Origin: Anaeramoeba ignava BMAN
Lineage: Eukaryota > Protista > Anaeramoebae
DNA length: 64,000 nt
Reading direction: 5' to 3'
NCBI GenBank assembly: GCA_028826165.1
Contig: JAPDFW010000071.1
Coordinates: 1-64,000, forward strand
The notes under the pieces were generated by a model. The model had not been told where the DNA came from. It saw only the letters and a program-made list of their open reading frames with translations, and made no database searches. Of the stretch, positions 54,701 to 64,000 are shown piece by piece. Position 1 is the stretch's first letter, and each line of letters begins with the position of its first letter. A program made the translations under genes and the position numbers.

Positions 54701-55856
54701 AAAATTATAAAAAATTTTTTTCTTTTTTTTTATAAAATTAGGGAAAATTTAATCTTTAATTATTATTTTAATAAAAGGATGTAAAAGAAAATAAAGAAAA
54801 TTTAAAAATAAATTTAAAAAATATCTTCCCTTGTTTTTAAATTTAATTAGAAAGATACACCACTTCATTTTACTTGTAGAAATTATAAAAATTTACAATC
54901 AATTTATTGGTTATGTTTATTTGGTTCAGAAATTCATTTAAAAAATGTATAAAAATTAAAAATATTAAAAAATATTATTATTAAATATTAAAAATTTAAA
55001 AAAAAAGAATGTAAATTTAAAAAATTATAATCATTTTAATTATTTATTTATAATTTATAATTTATTTAGTATGTAAATTTTTTAAATTATTAAATTATTA
55101 AATTATTAAAATATAAATTTAAATATAAAAAAGAATGAAAAACCAGTTGATTGTACTTATAATCAAGAAGTAAAAGAATTTTTTGAAAGATTTGAAAGTG
55201 TTTGTGAAGATATTGGAAAATTATTTAAAAGAAGAGAATTTTGTGATTATGAAATTAAATTGAAAGATTGTGTTATTCCAGTTCATAAATTAATATTACA
55301 AACAAGAATTGGAGAAACAAAATTTGAAAAAGCAATTAATTTCTTAAAGAAAAAACGAAAATTTGAAATTGAAATTATTCTTAAATTTATTTATTCAGGA
55401 TTAATTAAGGAAAATGATTATCAAAGAAATTATGAAATTATTAATGAATTTGCAGAAGGAATTGAAGAAAATGAAGAATGGATTAAAAAAAAGAAGGAAA
55501 GAAAAGGATTAATTGAAGATTTAAAAAAATTATATGAAGATGAAAATGGAAAAGATTTTATAATAATAAGTGAAGATAAAGAAATCAAAGTTCATAAATT
55601 AATTTTACAAGCAAGAAGTGAACTTTTTAGAGGAATGTTTGTTAGTGTTAATGATAATTCTAATAGAGTTAATGATTATAGTGATAAATCAAATGAATCA
55701 TTATCTTATTTTATTAAATTTTTATATTATGATGAAATTGATTATGGAATGAAAGAATCTATTTATGATGATTTAGAAGAACTTCAAGATTTTTATCAAT
55801 TAAATGAAAGGAGTTTTTTAAGAGATCATATTGATAATTTAAAATCAAATTTTTAA
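51777..55856 (+). CDS. Ankyrin-repeat + tandem BTB protein, ~611 aa, 34 exons including 22 three-nucleotide microexons
   Basis: Main exons 51777-51863, 52113-52208, 52430-52525, 52735-52830, 53062-53157, 53368-53466, 53668-53763, 53951-54046, 54268-54363, 54552-54644, 54851-54946, 55134-55856. Each internal exon is one xxTPLH...GADxNxxD/N repeat and all introns are phase 0. Two ag|NNN|gt microexons lie in every gap. Confidence 0.88.
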
Positions 55857-55965
55857 ATCAAAATTTTTTTTAAATCCAAAAAAAAAAAAATAAAAAGCAA
55901 AAAAAATTTTTTCATTTTTTTTCTTTTTAAAAATAATAAAAATAATTAAAATAATAATTAAAAAA

Positions 55966-56916
55966 ATGAATCAAAAAGAAAATGAAGAAATTAAAAAACA
56001 AAATTTAGAATTAAAAAAAGAAAATGAACAATTAAAACAAAAAATTAAAGAATTAACAAATATATACTTATCAACATTAACACAAGCAAGATTAATAATA
56101 CATCAAACAATGGAATTACTTCCTGATTCACAATCATTTAATCAAAATCAAGAACCAAAAAAACATATTCAAAAAATTGGAGAAAATTTATCACAAAAAA
56201 ATCCAAATCAAAAAGATAAAAATCAAAAAGAAAATAAAAGAATTGAAGAAGATAAACATAAGAAAAAAAATTTTAAAACTAGTTTGAATGATTTAATGAA
56301 TCCTAAACCAAGAAAAGCTTCAAGAATAAAAAAAGAAGAAAATGAAGAAAAATCAAATAATAATTTAAATTTAGATAAAAAAGAACATAAACATAAAATT
56401 GGAGCAAAAAAACATCAACAAAATATTAAGAATGAAAAGAATAAAAAAGAAATTAATGTTAAAAAACATCATAAAAATCCAATTAAAACCAAAGAAGAAA
56501 AAAAAGATTTAAATTTAGATTTAGATTTAAATAAAAAATCAATTAAAGATAAAATGGATCAAATTAGATTAACTTTAGAAAAAAAACCAAATCAAAATGC
56601 AAAACTTTTTGAAAAAAATAGTAATGAAATTCAAAATGAAATTGAAAGAATAAAGAATGAAATTAATAAAAGAATATCTTCGATGTCAAAACAAACTGGA
56701 ATTAAAATTCCTTTTCAAATTAATCAAACTAATTTAAATCAAGATATAGAAACAAAAGAAGATAACAAATCTAATTCTAAATCAAATTCTAAATCTAATT
56801 CTAATTCTAATTCTAAATCTAAATCTAAATCTAAATCTAATTCTAAATCTAAATCTAAATCTAAATCTAAATCTAAATCTAATTCTAAATCTAATTCTAA
56901 TTCAAATTCAGATTAA
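55966..56916 (+). CDS. Hypothetical K/N/E-rich coiled-coil protein
   Basis: 316 aa ORF with an upstream TCATTT motif and no recognisable domain. Confidence 0.6.
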   Translation: MNQKENEEIKKQNLELKKENEQLKQKIKELTNIYLSTLTQARLIIHQTMELLPDSQSFNQNQEPKKHIQKIGENLSQKNPNQKDKNQKENKRIEEDKHKKKNFKTSLNDLMNPKPRKASRIKKEENEEKSNNNLNLDKKEHKHKIGAKKHQQNIKNEKNKKEINVKKHHKNPIKTKEEKKDLNLDLDLNKKSIKDKMDQIRLTLEKKPNQNAKLFEKNSNEIQNEIERIKNEINKRISSMSKQTGIKIPFQINQTNLNQDIETKEDNKSNSKSNSKSNSNSNSKSKSKSKSNSKSKSKSKSKSKSNSKSNSNSNSD

Positions 56917-57146
56917 AATTTCTTTTTAATTCAATTTTATTTTACTTTTAATAATAAAATCCTTTATTTTTTAATTCAAAATTCCACTTTATTTTTATTC
57001 CACTTTTTTATTTTTATTTTTTATTTAAATTAGAAAAGAAAAGAAAAGAAAAGAAAACCGTTAAAAAAATTAAATTAAAATTAAAATTATTTTTTTATTT
57101 TTTTATTTTTTTAATTTTTAATAATAATAATTATTGTTATTAAAAA

Positions 57147-58468
57147 ATGAGTGTTTATAAAACACCAAGATCTTTAATTCGTTCTCTTTCAAATATTTTA
57201 ACTCCTTCTAATAATAATATTAATAATCAAAATCAAAATATTCAAAATATTCAAAATATTCAAAATAATAAATTAAATTCATTAAATAAAAGAAATAATA
57301 ATAAAAATTTTTCAACAAATTTTACACCAAGTCCTATTCAAACACCAAAAGCATTAATTCAAAAAATAATTCAAGCAAAAGCTAGTAAAAATATTATTTA
57401 TTAAATTTTTTAAATCTTTTAAATTTAATCTTTTCTTTTCTTTTCTTTAAAAACAAACAAACAAATAAAAAGTTAAAACTTCAAAACATCCTTTAAATCC
57501 AAATTTTAGACAAATTTCTAATAAAAAAATTGAAATTAAAAATGAAAATGAAAATGAAAATGAAAATGAAAATAATCTAATTCAAAATGTGGAAAATATT
57601 GATTTTAATTTAAATACTTCAGATTTTAGTTCTGATGGAGAAGATAATTTCAATCTTGAAAGTGATTCGTAAATATTTATAATTTCTTTTTAATTTATTT
57701 TTAATTTATTTATAATTTATTTTTAATTTATTTTTAGAAATGATATTCAAGAATTAGAAATCATAAATTCACCTAAAAAACAATATCAATTATCATTTAC
57801 AAATCAAGAAAGTTCAAATATTCAAAGATTTTTGGATCTTCATCAACTTAGAATTCCTTTTAATTTTAATCCAATTCAAAAAAATCAATTTGAAAAAAAA
57901 GAAAATATTTCTAAATTTATTAACAAAATGAATTTCAATAAATCACAAACTTTATCATTTAAAAATCCATTAAAAAAAAGATTTGAAAAAATACAAACAA
58001 AAAGAAAAATTGAAGAAAATTTAGAAAATAATGAAAATCAAAATCAAAATCAAAATCAAAAATCAAAATCAAAATCAAAATCAAAATCAAAATGAAAATC
58101 AAAATCAAAATCAAAATCAAAATCAAAATCATAAAAGACAAAAAATTCATTCAAAACCTGAATTTCCAAGAAGTTTAACAAGAAAAATATTTTCACAATT
58201 TTGTAAACTTAGAATTGAAGAAGATGCAATGATTCAAATTTTAAAATTAACTCCTTTATTTTTTGAACAATTATCAAATGATATTCATCAATTATCAAAT
58301 GAAAATGATTATATTTCTCATTTACATTTTTTTTCTTTAATGAAAAATCAAAGATTTATTTCTGAAGAAAAAGAAGAAGAAGATCTTAAAGATTTTATTC
58401 AAAAAATTCTTCCTTTTGAACTTTCTGAAATTATTTTCCCAATTGCAAGAGCAGGAAATAAAATTTAA
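57147..58468 (+). CDS. CENPT: CENP-T-like kinetochore protein; exons 57147-57384, 57473-57668, 57738-58468 (1-nt slip in QN repeat ~58060)
   Basis: N-terminal TPRSLIRSL and TPKALIQKII resemble CENP-T TPRxLLR motifs. C-terminal histone-fold plus extension FPRSLTRKIFSQFCKLRIEEDAM..LFFEQLSNDI..LMKNQRFI..ILPFEL..IFPIARAGNKI. Confidence 0.68.
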
Positions 58469-58571
58469 ATCAAAGAAAAAGAAAAGAAAACAATTTTTAA
58501 TTTGATTTTTAATTTTAATTTTAATCTCTTTTAAAAAAAAAAAACGGAATAAAAAGGAAAAATTGTTTTTA

Positions 58572-61500
58572 TTATTTTTGGATTAAATTTTTAATAATTA
58601 ATTTTCCTTTTTCTTGAATATCAAGATTTTGTGGAAATTTCTTCATTGTTTGTTTGATAATATTAGTTGTATTTAATTTTTTCATTTCTTTTTGATTTCC
58701 TATTTTTTTTTTAATTATTAAAATTAAATAAAAATTAGATTAAGAATTTATTTTGTTTTTTTTTCACTTTTTTTACTTTTATTGTTATTAGAAAGTTTCC
58801 ATAAAATAAAAAATCCTAATTCTTGAATTAGTTCATAATCTAAAGAATTTTTCATAACTGTTATAATTGTATCAAATCCATTTAAGTTTCTTATTTGATT
58901 TTGATTTTGATTTCCTTTTTAATTTTAATTTTAAATTTAATTTTAATTAAATTGATTAATTTTTTTGATCAGAAAAAAAATTTTTCATTTACTTTGATCA
59001 CCAAAACAAAGATTTAATAAGATTCTAAATCCGATTTCATTAATAAAATGATTACTTGAATAATTATTAATTGCTTTGATAATTGGTCTTATTCCATTTA
59101 ATTCTCTTAATTGCGCTTTATTTTCTTTTTTTTTTTATTTAAATTTTGATATAAATTTGGAATTAAATTTGGAATTAAATTTGGATATAAATTTTGAAAT
59201 AAATTGGATTTAAATTTTGGATTTAAATTTGGATTTAAATTTTGATATAAATTTGGAATTAAATTTTGATTTAAATTTGGATTTAAATTTTGATTTAAAT
59301 TTTGATTTAAATTTGGATTTAAATTTTGATTTAAATTTTGATTTAAATTTGGATTTAAATTTGGAATTAAATTTGGATTTAAATTTTGATTTAAATTTTG
59401 ATATAAATTTGGATTTAAATTTTGATTTAAATTTTGATTTAAATTTGGATATAAATTTTGATTTAAATTTTGATTTAAATTTTGATTTAAATTTGGATTT
59501 AAATTTTGATTTAAATTTTGATTTAAATTTTGATATAAATTTGGAATTAAATTTGGATTTAAATTTGGAATTAAATTTGGATTTAAATTTGGATTTAAAT
59601 TTGGATTTAAATTTGGAATTAATTTTGATATAAGTTTTGATTTAAATTTGAATTAAATTTTGATATAAATTTGGATTTAAATTTTGATATAAATTTGAAT
59701 TTAAATTTTGATTTAAATTTTGATATAAATTTTGATATAAATTTGGATTTAAATTTGGATATAAATTTGGATTTAAATTTGGATTTAAATTTGGATATAA
59801 ATTTTGATATAAATTTTGATATAAATTTTGATATAAATTTTGATATAAATTTTGATTTAAATTTTGATATAAATTTGATATAAATTTTGATATAAATTTG
59901 AATTTAAATTTTGATTTAAATTTGGAATTAAATTTGATTTAAATTTGGATTTAAATTTGGATTTAAAATTGGATATAAATTTGGATTTAAAATTGGATAT
60001 AAATTTTGATATAAATTTGAATTTAAATTTTGATTTAAATTTGGAATTAAATTTTGATTTAAATTTTGATATAAGTTTTGATTTAAATTTGAATTTAAAT
60101 TTTGATATAAGTTTTGATTTAAATTTGGAATTAAATTTGGAATTAAATTTTGATATAAATTTTGATATAAATTTTGATTTAAATTTTGATTTAAATTTTG
60201 ATTTAAATTTTGATTTAAATTTTGATTTAAATTTGGATATAAATTTGGAATTAAATTTGGATATAAATTTGGATATAAATTTGGATATAAATTTGGATAT
60301 AAATTTGGATTTAAATTTGGATATAAATTTGGATATAAATTTGGATATAAATTTGAATTTAAATTTGGATATAAATTTGGATATAAATTTGGATTTAAAT
60401 TTGGATATAAATTTGGATTTAAATTTGGATATAAATTTTGATATAAATTTTGATAAAGTTTTGATATAAATTTTGATATAAATTTTGATTTTAAATTTGG
60501 ATTTAAATTTGGATATAAATTTGGATATAAATTTGGATATAAATTTGGATATAAGTTTTGATATAAATTTTGATAAAGTTTTGATATAAATTTTGATATA
60601 AATTTTGATTTTAAATTTGGATTTAAATTTGGATTTAAATTTGGATATAAATTTTGATTTAAATTTGGATATAAAATTTGGATTTAAATTTGGGTTTAAA
60701 CTTGATATAAATTTTGATTTAAAATTGGATATAAATTTGGATATAAATTTGGAATTAAATTTGGATTTAAAATTTGGATTTAAATTTTGATTTACCATCA
60801 TTGTTAAAGGTAATATTTTGTAAAGCTATTAGTAGATTTTGTTGAAGACCTTCATTATTTTGAAAATTATTCATTGCTTTAATAATTGGTTCAATTCCTT
60901 TTAATTCTCCAATTTTCATTTTATTTTCTTTTTTGATTTTTTACAAAATAATAAAATAATTGATTAAATTTTATTAAATTCATGCTTTTTTAATTGATTT
61001 ACCAATATCAAAAAGAGCAATCATTCCTAAACCACCTCCTCCATTTTTTTGAATACTTTGATTTGATGGATGATTTCTTATTATTTTAATTAATGTTTCA
61101 ATTCCTTTTAATTCTCGAATTTTTTGTTGATTTTCTTTTATTATTTTTAATAAATCAAAAACAGAATTAATTTTTGATTGTTTTTGATTATTTTTTTTGA
61201 TAAGTATTTACCTTGATTATAATTAGCAAGATTCATTAAAGCTCCACATCCATTTATTTGGACATCTGGATCAAATGAGAAATTATTCATTGCTTTAATA
61301 ACTGGTTCAATTCCATTTAATTTTCGTATTTTTTTTTGGTTTTCTTTTATTTTTTTTGAATTATTTTTTGAATTATTTTTTTTGAATTATTTTTTGATTT
61401 ATAATTTTTGGATTATTTTTTTTGGATTATTTTTTGATTTATAATTTTTGGATTATTTTTGGATTATTTTTTGATTAATTTTTTGATTTATTTTTGGATT

Positions 61501-64000
61501 ATTTTTGGATTATTTTTTGGATTATTTTTGGATTATTATTTGATTTATAATTTGATTTATAATTTTTGGATTATTTTTTTTGGATTATTTTTTTTGAATT
61601 ATTTTTGATTTATTTTTTGATTATTTTTTGGATTATTTTTTGGATTATTTTTGGATTATTTTTTGATTTATAATTTTTGGATTATTTTTGGATTATTTTT
61701 TGGATTATTTTTGGATTATTTTTTGGATTATTTTTGGATTATTTGATTTTAATTTACCTGAATTATTTAAAGCAAGATACATCACACTACCACATCCAAA
61801 TTTTTGAATTCCCTGATTTCTTGGAAAGTTATTCATTGCTTTAATAATTATCTCAATTCCTTTTAATTCTCTTATTTGTATTTGATTTCCTTTTTGATTT
61901 GAATTTGATTTTGAATTTGATTTTGATTTTGATTTTGATTTTGATTTTGATTTTCATTTTCATTTTGATTTTGATTTTGATTTTGATTTTGATTAAATTA
62001 CGTTTATTCTTAGAAGGAAGATACATAAAGGCTTCACATGAAATTTCTTGAATAAGTTCATTATTTGGAAAATTATTCATTGCTTTAATAATTGATTCAA
62101 TTCCTTTTAATTCTCTTATTTCATTTTGATTTCCTTTTTGATTTTTATTTTTTAAAGAAATAAATTGATTTTTTCTTTAATATTCAAATTATTTCTTTAT
62201 TGTTATTTACTTTTATTATGATAAGCGAGATTCATTAAAGCTTCACATGCATTTCTTTGCATAGTTTCATTATTTGGAAAATTATTCATTGCTTTAATAA
62301 TTAACTCAGTACCATTTAATTCTGGAATTTTATTTTGAATTTCTTTTTTATTTGAATTTTGAATATTTAATTTGAATATTTAATTTGAATTTTGAATATT
62401 TAATTTGAATATTTGATTTTAATTTTAATTTGAATATTTAATTTTGATTTGAATATTTAATTTTAATATTTAATTTTAATTTTAATTTTAATTTTGATTT
62501 TAATTTTGATTTTAATTTGAATATTTGATTTGAATATTTGATTTGAATATTTAATTTGAATATTTAATTTTAATTTGAATATTTGATTTGAATATTTAAT
62601 TTGAATATTTAATTTGAATATTTAATTTTGAATATTTAATTTTGAATATTTAATTTCGAATATTTAATTTTAATTTGAATATTTAATTTGAATATTTAAT
62701 TTGAATATTTGATTTGATTACCTTCATCCTCAGGAAGATTCATTAAAACTCCACATGCATTTTCTTGAATATCTTCATTATTTGGAAATTTATTCAATAT
62801 TGCAATAAGCTTTTCTACACCTTTTAACTTTTTAATTACATTTCTATTCACTTTTATTTTTTTGTAGAAAATAATTTATTTAAGAATTTATTTAAGAATT
62901 TATTTAAGAATTTATTTAAGAATTTATTTAAGAATTTATTTAAGAATTTATTTAAGAATTTATTTAAGAATTTATTTAAGAATTTATTTAAGAATTTATT
63001 TAAGAATTTGAATCAGTTTATTTACATTCATTATTAGCTAAATTCATTAATACTTTGCATTCAGCTATTTGTATCTCTTCGTTATTTGGAAAATTATTCA
63101 TTGCTTTAATAATTAATTCAATTCCTTTTAATTTTCTAATTTCATTTTGATTTTCTTTTTGATTTTTATTATTTTTATTTTTTATTTATATTATTCAGTT
63201 AATTTTTGGATATTTTTTTGTATTTATTTACCAGCATCAAGACAAAGATTTGATAAAGCTAAACTTCCAATTTTTTGAATATTTTCATCATTTGGAAAAT
63301 TATTCATTGCTTTGATAATTAGTTGAATTCCTTGTAATTCTCGAATCATTTTTATATTTTCTTTTTTTTTTGTAAATAAATAAATTTTGATTAATTATCA
63401 TTGATTCAAATAGAATGTTTTAATCTTATTTATTTACTTTCATTTTGAATAGCTATATTGATCATAACTTCACATGCATAATTTTGAATATTTTGGTTTT
63501 TTGGAAAATTATTCATTGCTTGAATAATTGATTTTATTCCATTTAATTCTCTGATTTTATTTTGATTTTCTATTTTTTAAAATTTTTGGAATTAATTTTT
63601 GAATCAATTTTTTGAATCAATTTTGAATTTTTTGAATTACTTCCAAGATTCACAAAAATTCTTTTTAATAATCCATCTTCTTTTTCCTGTATAGATTTTT
63701 GTTTTGTATTATTTTTTGGGTTTACAACTATTGCAATTTCTTGTACTTGTGCATTTTTTTTTTGATTTTGTCTATTTTGAAATATTCCTATTTTTTTTTG
63801 GTGAATAAATTTTTTTTTTGGAAAATCCAATAACTAAATTGTTTATTTACCCTGATCCATATTGAATATTTTCGATAAAGTTTTGAGTGAATTGATTTGA
63901 ATATTTTCGTTTTTTGGGGAATTATTCATTGATTTGATAATTGTTTCAAGTTCTTGTAGATTTGTTGTTTTGTTTTGATTTTCATTTTCATTTTCATCTT
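58572..64000 (-). CDS. Armadillo-like repeat protein, one repeat per exon (5' end beyond window)
   Basis: Exons >64000-63851, 63771-63641, 63569-63438, 63360-63232, 63154-63026, 62850-62722, 62342-62211, 62133-62002, 61889-61758, 61343-61212, 61134-61003, 60927-60796, 59124-58993, 58914-58777, 58699-58572. Consensus ENQxxIRELKGIExIIKAMNNFPNNExIQxxxCxxLMNL. Confidence 0.82.
59125..60795. repeat. Intronic 12-mer minisatellite (AAATTTGGATTT/AAATTTTGATAT)n
   Basis: Directly visible; bounded by the minus-strand GT and AG of the ARM gene. Confidence 0.85.

Noticed and set aside
51864-55133. Internal AG...GT sites as zero-length recursive splice sites or chance matches
   Set aside because: The spacing is always exactly 3 nt, there are two per gap in 11 of 11 gaps, and the codons fill the two missing consensus residues.
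30142-58100. Programmed frameshifting in RCC1-BTB paralogs 6 and 7, Snapin-like, PUF60-like and CENP-T-like genes
   Set aside because: All are 1-nt indels in homopolymers or microsatellites with no shared signal. Sequencing error (or recent pseudogenisation) is simpler.

Overview
Extremely AT-rich, intron-containing eukaryotic (protist) DNA. The RCC1-BTB, BTB-TLDc and ankyrin-BTB expansions, (NAAAAT)n microsatellites and TCATTT start-proximal motif resemble an Anaeramoeba-type metamonad; this is inference only. Conserved genes: SAC1 (two copies), an M6P-receptor-like MRH protein (two copies), F-BAR/2xSH3, LEO1, RGS-DUF547, SYF2, Snapin-like, a Diaphanous-type formin, PUF60-like and CENP-T-like. 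There are also seven RCC1-(BTB)2 paralogs plus a fragment, a BTB-TLDc gene, a large inverted duplication (1-2830 vs ~31915-35462) and an ARM-repeat gene with one repeat per exon. Main finding: an ankyrin-BTB gene (51777-55856) mostly missed by the ORF track. Each of its 11 repeat junctions contains exactly two 3-nt microexons (ag|NNN|gt, 22 in total). Each encodes one residue, and each pair fills the two variable 'xx' positions of the ankyrin D-x-x-G-x-T-P-L-H hairpin (e.g. QD|K|D|GNTSLH). All exon models were read by eye and have no transcript support.
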